Part shown: one piece after another, positions 1 through 10,145 of the stretch
How the letters are laid out: each line of letters starts with the position of its first letter
Position numbering within the stretch: position 1 is the stretch's first letter
From: Acidobacteriaceae bacterium
GTDB taxonomy: Bacteria; Acidobacteriota; Terriglobia; Terriglobales; Acidobacteriaceae
Direction of reading: 5' to 3'
Assembly: GCA_035656855.1 (NCBI GenBank)
Contig: DASRRO010000219.1
Location: 4,340 to 68,339 of the forward strand
Length of the DNA stretch: 64,000 bases
Position numbers and translations under genes: made by a program
The notes under the pieces: generated by a model
The model's input: the letters and a program-made list of their open reading frames with translations, nothing else
The model's database searches: none
Told to the model about the DNA's origin: nothing

Positions 1-672
1 TCCTTCTGGGAAGATCTCACGATCAGCGAGAATCTCGATTTTGTCGCGCGCATGTATGAGATTCCCTCGCGCAGCGCGGCTGTGCGCCAGGCTCTCAAGC
101 GGCTGGGTCTCACGCAGCGTGCTCACCAGCTGGCAGGCGAGCTTTCCGGAGGATGGAAGCAGCGGATGGCATTGGCCGCCTGCATGCTGCATCAGCCCCG
201 GCTGCTCCTTCTCGATGAGCCGACTGCGGGCGTGGATCCACGCGCCCGCCGCGATTTCTGGGACGAGATTCAGTCCCTCGCCGCCGGCGGCATTTCCGTC
301 CTGGTCAGTACGCACTATATGGATGAAGCTGTGCGCTGCCACAAGCTCGCGTATATCGCTTACGGTCGCCTCCTCACTCAGGGATCGGCCTCCGAGGTGA
401 TCGCCGGGCAGCGGCTCACCACCTGGGCGCTCCACGGCGACCGGCTCGCCGACCTGCAGGAGAAGCTGCGCCGCCAACCCGGCGTGGAGCAGACCGTCAG
501 CTTTGGCAACGCTCTGCACGTGAGTGGGACTGACGCCGCGGCCCTGCAGCAAACCGTCGAGTCCGCAGCCCGCTCCGAGGGCCTCCGCGCCGAGAAAATC
601 GACACCAGCCTCGAAGATGTCTTCATTCACCTCATGAGCCAGTCAGACGGCAGCGGGGGAGGCCACGCATGA
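1..672 (+). CDS. ABC transporter ATP-binding protein (5' end outside window)
   Basis: Frame 1 open from base 1; ABC signature LSGGWKQR, Walker B LLLLDEPTAGVD, H-loop VSTHYMDE; stop overlaps next start (ATGA 669-672). Confidence 0.9.
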   Translation, partial: SFWEDLTISENLDFVARMYEIPSRSAAVRQALKRLGLTQRAHQLAGELSGGWKQRMALAACMLHQPRLLLLDEPTAGVDPRARRDFWDEIQSLAAGGISVLVSTHYMDEAVRCHKLAYIAYGRLLTQGSASEVIAGQRLTTWALHGDRLADLQEKLRRQPGVEQTVSFGNALHVSGTDAAALQQTVESAARSEGLRAEKIDTSLEDVFIHLMSQSDGSGGGHA

Positions 673-1811
673 CGGCGCGCAGCGGCTTTTCCTTAACGCG
701 GTGGTGGAGCATCGTCCTCAAGGAATTCACGCAGCTCCGACGCGATCGCCTCACTTTCGCCATGATCGTCGGCATTCCTATCGTTCAGATGGCCCTCTTC
801 GGCTATGCCATCAACACCAATCCGCGACATCTGGATACGGCCGTCATCGACGCGGACCCCAGCGACATCACCCGCAGCCTCCTTGCTGCCATGCAGAACT
901 CCTCCTACTTCCACATCGTCTCCGATTTGCCCAGCGAGGCGGCCGGACGCGAGGCCCTGGCGCAGGGCCGGGTCCTTTTCGTTGTGAACATCCCCGCGGG
1001 ATTCACCCGGCAGCTCCTGCGCCACGAGCATCCGTCGCTGCTCATCGAGGCCGATGCGACTGACCCTACGGCTACGGCCAGCGCCCTCGCCTCCCTGAAC
1101 GGAATCACCCAGTCGGTCATCGCCCGGGAGATCACCGGGCCCCTCGCCTTCCTGCAGGGCAGCCCGGCTCCCTTCAGCGTGAACGTGCATCCGATGTTCA
1201 ATCCCGACAGCATTACGCAATACAGCGTTGTGCCGGGATTGATGGGCGTCGTCCTCACGCTCACCATGGTGATGATGACCGGCCTCGCTATGACACGCGA
1301 GCGCGAGCGCGGCACCATGGAAAACCTCCTCGCCATGCCCGCCACTCCGCTCGAGGTGATGACCGGCAAGCTGGTTCCTTACATCGGCATCGGACTCTTG
1401 CAGGCGTCCATCATTCTTCTGGCCGCGCGCTTCGTCTTTCACGTGCCGTTTTTCGGCAGCCTTGGCGCGATCTACCTTGCGGCTCTCTTGTTCATTGCCG
1501 CAAATCTCACCGTCGGCATTACGTTCTCGTCGCTGGCACAAAATCAGCTGCAGGCCGTGCAACTGGCGATCTTCTACTTTCTGCCCAACATCCTGCTCTC
1601 CGGCTTCATGTTTCCGTTTCAGGGGATGCCCGCCTGGGCGCGGGCCATCGGCGACCTGCTGCCACTCACGTATTTCAACCGCCTGATCCGGGGCATCATG
1701 CTCAAGGGCAATGGATGGCCGGACTCATGGCCGAGCGTTTGGCCGATGATCGTTTTTACCGTGGCCCTCATGGCGGTCGCCGTCGCCACCTATCGCCGGA
1801 CGCTGGATTGA
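669..1811 (+). CDS. ABC-2 type transporter permease
   Basis: 380 aa; one N-terminal TM, a large extracytoplasmic loop, then a C-terminal cluster of hydrophobic helices typical of ABC-2 permeases; translationally coupled to the ATPase. Confidence 0.85.
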   Translation: MTARSGFSLTRWWSIVLKEFTQLRRDRLTFAMIVGIPIVQMALFGYAINTNPRHLDTAVIDADPSDITRSLLAAMQNSSYFHIVSDLPSEAAGREALAQGRVLFVVNIPAGFTRQLLRHEHPSLLIEADATDPTATASALASLNGITQSVIAREITGPLAFLQGSPAPFSVNVHPMFNPDSITQYSVVPGLMGVVLTLTMVMMTGLAMTRERERGTMENLLAMPATPLEVMTGKLVPYIGIGLLQASIILLAARFVFHVPFFGSLGAIYLAALLFIAANLTVGITFSSLAQNQLQAVQLAIFYFLPNILLSGFMFPFQGMPAWARAIGDLLPLTYFNRLIRGIMLKGNGWPDSWPSVWPMIVFTVALMAVAVATYRRTLD

Positions 1812-1821
1812 GAGGCTCTGC

Positions 1822-3282
1822 ATGCACAGATCCGTCTCGTGGAAGATCGCAACGAATGCCATGGTCGCGGTAACGCTGATGCTCCCCCAGGCCTGCACCG
1901 TAGGCCCAAACTACCATCCGCCTGCCCCGCCCGCGATAACCGCCTACACTCCGCAGGCGCAACCGCCGGTGACGGCATCCGGCCCGGGTGCCGCGGGAGA
2001 ATCTCAGCAGTTGCATGGCTCCAGCGATCTCCCCGCGCAGTGGTGGGCTCTTTTCCAGTCGCCCCAACTCGACGGCATGGTGCGCGAAGCGCTCAGTAAC
2101 AGTCCCACACTCGCCGCCGCGACCGCGCGCCTTACTCAGGCTCGGCAGGAAGTCCGGGCCCGCGTCGGTGCAACGAAATATCCTGCCGTCAGCGGCAATG
2201 CGTCCGTCGCGGGCCAGCAACTCGATCTCGCCGCGTACGGTATCCCCTTTCCCAATCCATCTCCCTTCGCGCTGCTCAACGGGTCGATTGGCATTACGTA
2301 TGCGCTCGATCTCTTCGGTGGCAATCGCCGCCTGATCGAGAGCCTGCGGGCTCAGGCTGACTACCAGCAGTGGCAGCTGGAAGGAGCGAGACTGATCCTG
2401 GCGGGCAACGTGGTGGCGGCTGCCGTGCGCCAGGCGCAGTTGCGCGCGCAGCTGGACATCACCGAACAAATGATTCAGGTTCGCCAAACGGAGCTCCGCA
2501 TCACCGAAGCGCGACGCCGCGCCGGAGGCGTCTCGGATTCCGATCTCCGGGCCCAACGATTGCTGTTGGCTCAGACCGAGGCCGCCCTGCCTCCGATTCG
2601 CCAGCAGTTGGAGATCGCCAGCGTCCAGCTCGCGGTGCTGATGGGCCGCCCTCCCGCACAAGCCCCCTTTCCCGGCATCGCTTTCGACTCGCTGAAGCTT
2701 CCCGCGCAGTTGCCGCTATCCCTGCCTTCGTCTCTGGTACGCCAGAGGCCCGATATACGGGCAGCCGAATCGCTTTTGCACCAGGCCAGCGCCGGCGTCG
2801 GCGTGGCCACGGCGAACCGCTATCCGCAGATCACAATTTCCGCCAGCGCCGGCGCGCTCGGAACCAGCTTCATTACCGGCGGCGATATCTGGAATGTCGC
2901 GGCTGGGCTGGCCCAGCCACTCTACAACGGCGGCGCTCTGAAGGCAGAGCAGCGCAAAGCTCAGGCAGCCTATGACGAGGCGAACAGCGAGTATCGTCAG
3001 ACGGTCATCGAGGCGTTTCAGCAGGTAGCCGACACGCTCTACGCGATCCAGAACGACGCGCAGACCTTTCAGTCGCGAACCGCGGCCGCCGAGCAGGCCG
3101 AGGCCGCATACCAGATCGACGTGCAACGCTATCAGGCTGGCGGCATCAGCCGCCTGGCTCTTCTTGAGGCGCAGCGCCAGCAGTTGCAAACCGCTCTCGA
3201 TCGCTCCTCTTCGGCTGAAAATCGGTATCTGGATTCGGCAACGCTGTTTCAGGCGCTCGGCGGTGGATGGTGGAATCGCTGA
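1822..3282 (+). CDS. Efflux outer-membrane factor lipoprotein, NodT family
   Basis: 486 aa; signal peptide ending ...MLPQAC; two TolC-like repeat halves; C-terminal LFQALGGGW motif typical of NodT/OprM proteins. Confidence 0.85.
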   Translation: MHRSVSWKIATNAMVAVTLMLPQACTVGPNYHPPAPPAITAYTPQAQPPVTASGPGAAGESQQLHGSSDLPAQWWALFQSPQLDGMVREALSNSPTLAAATARLTQARQEVRARVGATKYPAVSGNASVAGQQLDLAAYGIPFPNPSPFALLNGSIGITYALDLFGGNRRLIESLRAQADYQQWQLEGARLILAGNVVAAAVRQAQLRAQLDITEQMIQVRQTELRITEARRRAGGVSDSDLRAQRLLLAQTEAALPPIRQQLEIASVQLAVLMGRPPAQAPFPGIAFDSLKLPAQLPLSLPSSLVRQRPDIRAAESLLHQASAGVGVATANRYPQITISASAGALGTSFITGGDIWNVAAGLAQPLYNGGALKAEQRKAQAAYDEANSEYRQTVIEAFQQVADTLYAIQNDAQTFQSRTAAAEQAEAAYQIDVQRYQAGGISRLALLEAQRQQLQTALDRSSSAENRYLDSATLFQALGGGWWNR

Positions 3283-3445
3283 CTATCAGGCAGGAAATCG
3301 GACTTCGCCGCGTAGAGCTCTCTGATGAGTGCCATGCCCTGATGGCGCCAAAACAGCTTTCCGTGACGGACGAGCGGGCGATTTACGGACCTTCGGATTC
3401 CCAGGCCGTCGGCGACGCCCGCGCTGGAACCGTCATCTAAAAACT

Positions 3446-3838
3446 ATGTCATCCCAAACCGTAACGCGCACCGTCGAATCGGATTCTGAGCCGACCGAGA
3501 TTTACAAAGTTCTGGCCGAAGCCAGCAACATTCCCAGATGGGCGCCGGTCTTTGCCGACGACATTGAACGCATCGACGACACGCACTACGGCGTTACGAA
3601 GAATGGCGAGACCTTCCGGCTGGAACTCTTCCTGCATCCATCCGCCTGCGCCGTGGACTACATTCGAGAAATGGCCAACAACAGGCGCGGCGGTGCTTAC
3701 ATCCGCGTAACGCCTCGCCCTCTCGGGGGATGCGCGATTACGATCACTGTGCCCGTAGGCCTCAATACGAATGAATCGGAAGTTGCGAAGACCCTTGATC
3801 AGGAACTCGCACAGCTAAGCCAGCTTGTGAAGGCCTGA
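3446..3838 (+). CDS. SRPBCC-fold (polyketide cyclase/dehydrase-like) protein
   Basis: Internal ATG at 3446 (MSSQTVTRTVESD...); the N-terminal pattern EIYKVLAEASNIPRWAPVF resembles SRPBCC proteins; about 130 aa. Confidence 0.45.
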   Translation: MSSQTVTRTVESDSEPTEIYKVLAEASNIPRWAPVFADDIERIDDTHYGVTKNGETFRLELFLHPSACAVDYIREMANNRRGGAYIRVTPRPLGGCAITITVPVGLNTNESEVAKTLDQELAQLSQLVKA

Positions 3839-3914
3839 TTGCTCAAGACGCAGAGACGCGAGACGCTTGCGCGGCCCGGCGGCCACACTCGCTCATCGAT
3901 CCGCTGCGGCTATG

Positions 3915-4112
3915 CTAGGCTGCCTCACTCGCGGTCTCATGGATCAAGTGGATCGCATCGAACGGAACATCCCTCAGGACGACGCGGGGGTCCTCCCACA
4001 CTTCCACGTTGGCGATGCTGTTCACCCGGTCGACGCGAACGACGACCAAAGCTCCCTGATGTCCTTCTACGCGAACTCTTTCACCACGACGTGGAACCCG
4101 GGTCGTTGCCAT
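3915..4112 (-). CDS. Hypothetical small protein
   Basis: 65-aa ORF (MATTRVPRRGERVRVEGHQGALVVV...) divergent from the receptor gene; no recognisable family. Confidence 0.3.
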   Translation of the reverse strand: MATTRVPRRGERVRVEGHQGALVVVRVDRVNSIANVEVWEDPRVVLRDVPFDAIHLIHETASEAA

Positions 4113-4293
4113 GCCCAGCATTGTTTCACATCCCTCCCCCAAGTCAAGGCGTCCTTCCCGGTCCTCCGGCAGTTGCAAACAGGCCCCTGCATTTGCAGGC
4201 TGCCCCGGTCTCATCGAGTGCTTTCGGAGGTTCTTGACAGGACATAGTAACGAAGTATGCAATAGCGTCCGAGTAAATCATGGAGGCTCCCCG

Positions 4294-7200
4294 ATGTCTG
4301 CATTTCTCCATAGGATCTGGACGTTGCGGCAAGGATCCGTCTTCTGCAAGCCGTACTGCTTTCTCCGCCTCGCGATCAAACCGATTGCGTCGCGCGCTTT
4401 CTCGGCGGCCCTTATCGCATTGGCGACGGGCGGAGCTCTCCTCTATGGGCAGGCGACCAACGGAACCATCAACGGAACGGTCACGGACCAGACCGGCGGA
4501 GTCGTCGCCGGAGCTGCGGTAACACTGACAAATACCGGCACCTCCGACGCGCGGAAAGCGGCGACGAACGGATCCGGCTTTTACGAGTTCACCAACCTGC
4601 CGCCGGGATCCTACAGCGTTGTAGCGCAAAAGGCGGGGTATCAGCGGTTGGTGCGCCAGCCCATCACTCTGCAGGTTGCGGGGACGCTGCTCATCGATAT
4701 GACCCTGGCGGTGGGCCGCGAGACGCAGCAGGTAGTCGTAACCGGGACGACTCCTCTGATCCAGGCGGAGAGTGACACGCTGGGCGCGGTCGTGGATCAG
4801 CGGGAGACCAACGAGATCCCACTCAACGGTCGCGATCCGATGGCGCTGGTGGCCCTGGTCCCGTCGGTGGTGCCGCAGGGGCAGTCGGAGCAAACCCCGA
4901 CGGGAACCAATCCTTTCGGATGGGGAAATTATCAGATCGGCGGCGGATTCGCGAACCAGAGCGTGACCTATCTCGATGGCGCGCCGGTTAACACGGAGTA
5001 CATCAACCTCACAGCGCTGATTCCAACCCAGGATTCCCTGCAGGAATTCAAGGTAATGACGAACAATCTGCCACCGGAGTACGGGCGCCTCGCGGGCGGA
5101 GCGGTGCAGTTTCGAACTAAGTCAGGCACGAATAATCCGCACGGCTCGGCCTACGAGTACCTGCGCAACAAGGTGCTCAACGCGAACACCTTTTTCGGGA
5201 ACCAGGCACACCTGCCGAACCCGGCCTTCACGCAAAACCAGTTCGGCATCAATTTGGGCGGTCCCGTCTATATTCCGCACGTGTACAACGGACGGAATCG
5301 AACATTTTTCTTCGTAAGCTGGGAAGGATTTGCGCTCCGGCAGGGAGTTACCTACAAGCAGACCGTGCCGACCGCTGCCGAACTGACGGGAAATCTGTCC
5401 GATCTGAACACGCCCATCTACGATCCGGCGACGACGTGCGGAGTAGCGGGAGGGCGGCCCTGCAATCCGGGAGAACCGCAATATGATCGGACGGCTTTCG
5501 GCGGGGGAGTCATCCCGAGCGGGCGGCTCAACTCCACCTCGCTCGCCTATCTGAAGACCTTCTTCCCGGCGCCAAATGTGCCCGGGGCTGCACCTGGGAC
5601 CCCGAACTTTACGACGAACGGATCCGCAGGGGGCAACAATTACGAGACGGTCGTGCATATCGATCAGAATGTATCGAGCAAGCAGCACCTCAACGGCCGG
5701 TATACGTGGTGGAAGAACAACAATCTTCCCACAGTTGCTTTCAATGGGATCTGCCAGGACCGGTGCGGGGAATTGTTCACAACCAACAGCTTCGTGCTGG
5801 CCGACGATTATTCGTTCAGCAGCAAGACCCTGCTCGATCTTCGGATCAGTTATATGCGTTTCAACTACTCCCGGTCGCCGCTGCTCAATAACTTCGATCT
5901 GACCAGTATCGGGCAGTCGACCGCATTGCAAAGTCAGGTGGAGTATCCCGGGCCGCCGGTCATGGTGGTTACCGGCTTCGATCCCCAGGGCATCTTCGGC
6001 AGTCAGGGAGCCGACAGTACGATTCACAACGCGACGGATGACGACCGGATTTCAGGATCGCTGACCCGATTCATAGGCAACCATACGTTGTCGTTCGGCG
6101 GTGAGTTTCTGCGGGCTACGTTCAACTACGTGCAGAACAATATTTCGTCGGGCGATTACAGCTTCAGTCCGGGGTTCACCGCGCAGAATCCGCTCACCGG
6201 CGTGGGCGGTCTCGGCCTGGCAACCTTCCTGCTGGGGTATCCGTCCAGCGGAAGCGCGGAGATCGCCGCGCCCCTCGCCTCCGAACAGTTGTATCCGGCG
6301 CTGTACCTCAATGACGACTGGCGAGTGCGGCCGCGACTCACACTGCATCTGGGACTACGTTGGGAAGATACGCAGCCGTTTACAGAGCGGCACGACCGGC
6401 TGAGCTACTTCGATCCAGGGGCAACGAATCCTGCACTCGGGGCCGCGGGAAGTTCCGCGCCGGGCGCGATCGGACTGGTACATTCCAGTACCCGCAGTTC
6501 GCGGTTTGCCATCAATAACAGCCTGAAGCAGTTTTCGCCCCGCCTGGGTTTTGCCTGGCAAATGTTTCCCAACACCGTGTTCAGTGGCGGGTACGGAGTC
6601 TTCTGGCTGCCGAACGATGTGACCGACTTGCCGTACACCGATCCCATCGATGCATCGACGACGGGTGTGGTTACCTCCATCAACGGAGGACTGACGCCCA
6701 GCGCGACGGTCGACAATCCCTACCCGCAGGGACTGGTCGCGCCCGTGCAGCGGGGATCGAACCTGCAGCAGACACTGCTGGGAACGGGGGGCAGCTATAA
6801 CCTGACGACCGATCCCTATGCTTACTCGCAGCAGTACAACTTCGGCGTGCAGCAGCAACTGGGGAGCAGCTTCATGTTCAGCCTCGTATATGGTGGGGCG
6901 AAGGGAACGCATCTGCCCTTCAGCGGTCTGAATATCGACACGCTGCCGGATCAGGATCTGTCCTTGGGGGCTGCCCTGGTGAATCAGGTGCCCAACCCGT
7001 ACTACGGAATTATCAGCTCGAAATACAGCCTGGGTGCGCCGACCATTCCCGCAGGCCAGCTCCTGCTGCCGTATCCCGAATATTCCGGGCTTGGAATCCA
7101 GGCGGACAACGTAGCCAACTCAACCTATAACTCCATGCAGGTGACGGCGCAGCAGCGATTCGCGCACGGCGCGTCCATCAACGCGGCGTACACGTGGGCG

Positions 7201-7872
7201 AAGCTGATCAGCGACACCGACACGCTGACCACCTGGCTGGAGCCCGGCGTCGCGGGCGTGCAGGATCCGAGGAACCTGAATGCAGAGAAGTCACTCTCTT
7301 CCGATGACGCCCGGCAGCGGCTGGTCGTGAGCTATGTCTACGATCTGCCCTTTGGCAGAGGCATGCGCTTCGGATCGAACGTCCCGGGAGTCCTGAATCA
7401 GCTGCTGGGCGGCTGGGGTTTTGGCGGCGTGACGACGGTGCAGACCGGCTTTCCGCTGGGCTTCACCACCGCCCAGAACCTGACCAACTCCTTCGGCGGA
7501 GGCTCGCGGCCCAATGTTGTGCCGGGGTGCAACAAAATGGTTCCAGGCAACGAGACGCAGCGGATCAATCAGTGGTTCAACCCGGCCTGCTTCACGCAGC
7601 CCGCTTCGTTCACCTTCGGCGACGAATCGCGGAACGATCCTGATCTTCGCGCCTCGGGCGTCGCCAACTGGGATGCGTCGATGTACAAGACCTTTCCCTT
7701 TACACACAACGAGGCAACGAACCTGCAGTTTCGCGCGGAGGCGTTTAACCTTTTCAACCGGGTCCAGTTTGGGTATCCGGGAACTCAGCAGGGTGCGTCG
7801 AATTTCGGCATCGTGAGCAGCCAGCTGAATAATCCACGATTGCTTCAATTCTCGCTGAGACTCAACTACTGA
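4294..7872 (+). CDS. TonB-dependent receptor-like outer membrane protein with N-terminal carboxypeptidase-regulatory-like domain
   Basis: GGAGG 6 nt upstream of ATG 4294; signal peptide; NGTINGTVTDQTGGVVAGAAVTLTN...GFYEFTNLPPGSY (CarboxypepD_reg); long beta-barrel region; C-terminal ...QFSLRLNY. Confidence 0.85.
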   Translation: MSAFLHRIWTLRQGSVFCKPYCFLRLAIKPIASRAFSAALIALATGGALLYGQATNGTINGTVTDQTGGVVAGAAVTLTNTGTSDARKAATNGSGFYEFTNLPPGSYSVVAQKAGYQRLVRQPITLQVAGTLLIDMTLAVGRETQQVVVTGTTPLIQAESDTLGAVVDQRETNEIPLNGRDPMALVALVPSVVPQGQSEQTPTGTNPFGWGNYQIGGGFANQSVTYLDGAPVNTEYINLTALIPTQDSLQEFKVMTNNLPPEYGRLAGGAVQFRTKSGTNNPHGSAYEYLRNKVLNANTFFGNQAHLPNPAFTQNQFGINLGGPVYIPHVYNGRNRTFFFVSWEGFALRQGVTYKQTVPTAAELTGNLSDLNTPIYDPATTCGVAGGRPCNPGEPQYDRTAFGGGVIPSGRLNSTSLAYLKTFFPAPNVPGAAPGTPNFTTNGSAGGNNYETVVHIDQNVSSKQHLNGRYTWWKNNNLPTVAFNGICQDRCGELFTTNSFVLADDYSFSSKTLLDLRISYMRFNYSRSPLLNNFDLTSIGQSTALQSQVEYPGPPVMVVTGFDPQGIFGSQGADSTIHNATDDDRISGSLTRFIGNHTLSFGGEFLRATFNYVQNNISSGDYSFSPGFTAQNPLTGVGGLGLATFLLGYPSSGSAEIAAPLASEQLYPALYLNDDWRVRPRLTLHLGLRWEDTQPFTERHDRLSYFDPGATNPALGAAGSSAPGAIGLVHSSTRSSRFAINNSLKQFSPRLGFAWQMFPNTVFSGGYGVFWLPNDVTDLPYTDPIDASTTGVVTSINGGLTPSATVDNPYPQGLVAPVQRGSNLQQTLLGTGGSYNLTTDPYAYSQQYNFGVQQQLGSSFMFSLVYGGAKGTHLPFSGLNIDTLPDQDLSLGAALVNQVPNPYYGIISSKYSLGAPTIPAGQLLLPYPEYSGLGIQADNVANSTYNSMQVTAQQRFAHGASINAAYTWAKLISDTDTLTTWLEPGVAGVQDPRNLNAEKSLSSDDARQRLVVSYVYDLPFGRGMRFGSNVPGVLNQLLGGWGFGGVTTVQTGFPLGFTTAQNLTNSFGGGSRPNVVPGCNKMVPGNETQRINQWFNPACFTQPASFTFGDESRNDPDLRASGVANWDASMYKTFPFTHNEATNLQFRAEAFNLFNRVQFGYPGTQQGASNFGIVSSQLNNPRLLQFSLRLNY

Positions 7873-8053
7873 ATCACCGGATCTGGTAAAGGTCCTGGCA
7901 CGACCGCGATGGCACTCCTCTGCCCGGCCACCTTGGTATACTTTTTCAGGTTCGTCGGACGGCGGTCGCGCGATCCATGCCTGCTATCCACAGGCCCTGC
8001 GGCGCAGGATAATCCGCCGCCGGGGAATCGTGCGCAAGGTATTTCTTTCAAAA

Positions 8054-8128
8054 GCGGGAGTAGTTCAGTGGCAGAACGTCAGCTTCCCAAGCTGAATGTC
8101 GCCGGTTCGATCCCGGTCTCCCGCTCCA
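8054..8128 (+). tRNA. tRNA-Gly (anticodon CCC), CCA encoded
   Basis: Cloverleaf read by hand: acceptor GCGGGAG/CTCCCGC, D stem GTTC/GAAC, anticodon stem TCAGC/GCTGA with loop TTCCCAA, T arm GCCGG-TTCGATC-CCGGT, discriminator T, CCA. Confidence 0.9.
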
Positions 8129-8151
8129 GTCGCTCTTGCCGAGCACCTGCC

Positions 8152-8304
8152 TCAGAAGACCCGCAGCAATAACAGCACAACCAGGATGAGCAGGATCAGG
8201 CCGATGCCGCCGCTCGGATAGTAGCCCCAGCCGCGACTGTAAGGCCAGGCGGGAAAGGCTCCAATCAACATCAGGAGCAGGATAATCACCAGGATTGTAA
8301 TCAT
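8152..8304 (-). CDS. DUF3309-like small membrane protein
   Basis: 50 aa MITILVIILLLMLIGAFPAWPYSRGWGYYPSGGIGLILLILVVLLLLRVF; AAGGAAG RBS upstream; only the last 50 codons of the 204-aa track ORF look real. Confidence 0.7.
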   Translation of the reverse strand: MITILVIILLLMLIGAFPAWPYSRGWGYYPSGGIGLILLILVVLLLLRVF

Positions 8305-8402
8305 AGGCCGGTTCTTCCTTTGAGCCGGGAGTCTCATTGCGCTCCTGGGCTTTACCACTGGATGCCGGGAAGATGCGGCGAAGATGTCCTCTGCGGCGAA
8401 AA

Positions 8403-9122
8403 TTACCGCAGTGATCGGCCGGCCAGCTGCCGTGCCCGCTGAAAAACGCGCAGCATCATCGCCGCGGTCAGCTTGCCGGTATTCGTGTTCTGCAGCGAAG
8501 GATGGTAGCTCGCCAGCAGCCAGCGGTGTCCGGGAATTCGATATTCGACGCCGTGTCCGAAGATCAGGCCGCTGCGCCGCTCGATTTGCCGCGTGCGCAC
8601 CAGATGCGCGGCCACGCCATCGAAGCCGATCTTGCCGAGACAAACAATCACCCGCAGGTTGCTGAGCGCCGCAATCTCCTCGTCCAGATACGGCGCGCAC
8701 TGGGCAATCTCTGCCGGCGAGGGCTTGTTCCCGGGCGGGGCGCAGCGTACCACCGACGTGATCCACGCGTCTACAAGGCGCATCCCGTCGTCGCGATTCG
8801 TCGAGCGCGGCTGCGAGGCAAAGGCCGCCTGATGCAGCAGCGGATATAGAAAGTCTCCGGAGCCGTCGCCGGTGAACGGCCGTCCTGTCCGATTTGATCC
8901 GTGCGCGCCAGGCGCCAGCCCCACGAACAGCACCCGCGCCGCCGGGTCGCCGTAAGAGGGAACCGGCTTACCCCAGTAGGTCCAGTCCTGCCAGGCCCGC
9001 TTCTTCTTCGCGGCAGTGGCCATGCAGTGCTGGCGGAGACGTTCGCAGCGCTCACAGGCCACGATGCGCTGGTTTAGCGCTGCGAGAGTAGCGGCGGGAT
9101 CATGAAGAGGAACAAGGGGCAC
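8403..9122 (-). CDS. Uracil-DNA glycosylase, family 5 (UdgB)-like
   Basis: Motif FVGLAPGAHGSNRTGRPFTGDGSGDF and Cys cluster CERCERL...C; start set to GTG 9122 so it does not overlap purU (start uncertain). Confidence 0.75.
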   Translation of the reverse strand: MPLVPLHDPAATLAALNQRIVACERCERLRQHCMATAAKKKRAWQDWTYWGKPVPSYGDPAARVLFVGLAPGAHGSNRTGRPFTGDGSGDFLYPLLHQAAFASQPRSTNRDDGMRLVDAWITSVVRCAPPGNKPSPAEIAQCAPYLDEEIAALSNLRVIVCLGKIGFDGVAAHLVRTRQIERRSGLIFGHGVEYRIPGHRWLLASYHPSLQNTNTGKLTAAMMLRVFQRARQLAGRSLR

Positions 9123-9168
9123 ATCCTGATTATAAGAAGCCGACGGAGGAGCCCGGTCGACTGCCGCC

Positions 9169-10032
9169 TCAGTCGAAGACCACCGTCTTGTTCCCGTAGC
9201 ACAGAATTCTCCGTTCCAGCCGCCAGCGCACGGCGCGCGCCAGCACAATCCGCTCCAGATCGCGCCCCGTGGCGATCAGGTCCTCCACCTGATCGCGGTG
9301 CGAAATCCGTGCCACGTCCTGCTCGATAATAGGCCCGTCGTCGAGGATCTCCGTAACGTAGTGGCTGGTAGCGCCGATCAGCTTTACGCCCCGCTCGTAC
9401 GCTGCATGATACGGCCGCGCTCCCGTAAAGGCCGGCAGAAACGAGTGGTGCACGTTGATAATCGCCGCCGGATAGCGCGAAACGAAATTCGCCGAGAGCA
9501 CCTGCATGTAGCGCGCCAGTACGATCAGGTCCACTCGCTTCTCCGCCAGCAGCGCCAGTTGCTGCGCTTCGGCCGCTTCGCGGGTAGCTGCGGTGACGGG
9601 CACATGGACGAAGGGCGCACCGTAGAAGTCGGCCAACGGCTCGACTTCCCGATGATTCGAGATAATCAGCGCCACGTCGCAGTGCAGCTCGCCGCTGTGC
9701 CACCGGTGCAGCAGATCGGCCATGCAGTGCAGATAATGCGAGCAGAACAGGGCGACTCGAGGGCGTTGATCGCTCGAGCTCAGGCTCCAGGTCATCTGCA
9801 GTTCCTGAGCCACCGGAGCAAAGGCCTCCTCGAAAGCCGGCAGATCGAAAAGCGTGCCGGAAGAATCCCGCAGCTCCCATTCCACCCGCATGAAGAAGAG
9901 CCCAAGCGCCTGATCGCGGTGCTGGTCCGCGTGGAGAATGTTGGCGCCTCGCTCATACAACAGAGTCGAGACGCGAGCGACCAGCCCCGGACGATCCGGG
10001 CAGTCGATTAGCAGCACGGCCGAGTCCGTCAT
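9169..10032 (-). CDS. purU: Formyltetrahydrofolate deformylase
   Basis: N-terminal ACT-like segment (LLIDCPDRPGLVARVSTLLYERGANI) plus formyltransferase core (NVHHSFLPAFTGARPYHAAYERGVKLIGATSHYV). Confidence 0.9.
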   Translation of the reverse strand: MTDSAVLLIDCPDRPGLVARVSTLLYERGANILHADQHRDQALGLFFMRVEWELRDSSGTLFDLPAFEEAFAPVAQELQMTWSLSSSDQRPRVALFCSHYLHCMADLLHRWHSGELHCDVALIISNHREVEPLADFYGAPFVHVPVTAATREAAEAQQLALLAEKRVDLIVLARYMQVLSANFVSRYPAAIINVHHSFLPAFTGARPYHAAYERGVKLIGATSHYVTEILDDGPIIEQDVARISHRDQVEDLIATGRDLERIVLARAVRWRLERRILCYGNKTVVFD

Positions 10033-10145
10033 GGACCGAGGATAAAGCATCCCATCTCTGCGTCCGTACAAAATCCGGATGCGGACGGCGTAGAATGAGG
10101 GCGCTCATGAAGTTCATTCATTATCCTGCCGGGGAGAAATCAAAA

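Noticed and set aside
7873-8402. tRNA-Gly as an integration site for a genomic island
   Set aside because: The flanking genes include no integrase, transposase or phage-like ORF. The genes on both sides have host-like composition.
8305-8766. Upstream part of the 204-aa minus-strand ORF 8152-8766
   Set aside because: This part overlaps the uracil-DNA glycosylase gene in another frame and is Arg/Ala-rich. Only the terminal 50-codon DUF3309-like ORF, which has its own RBS, is credible.
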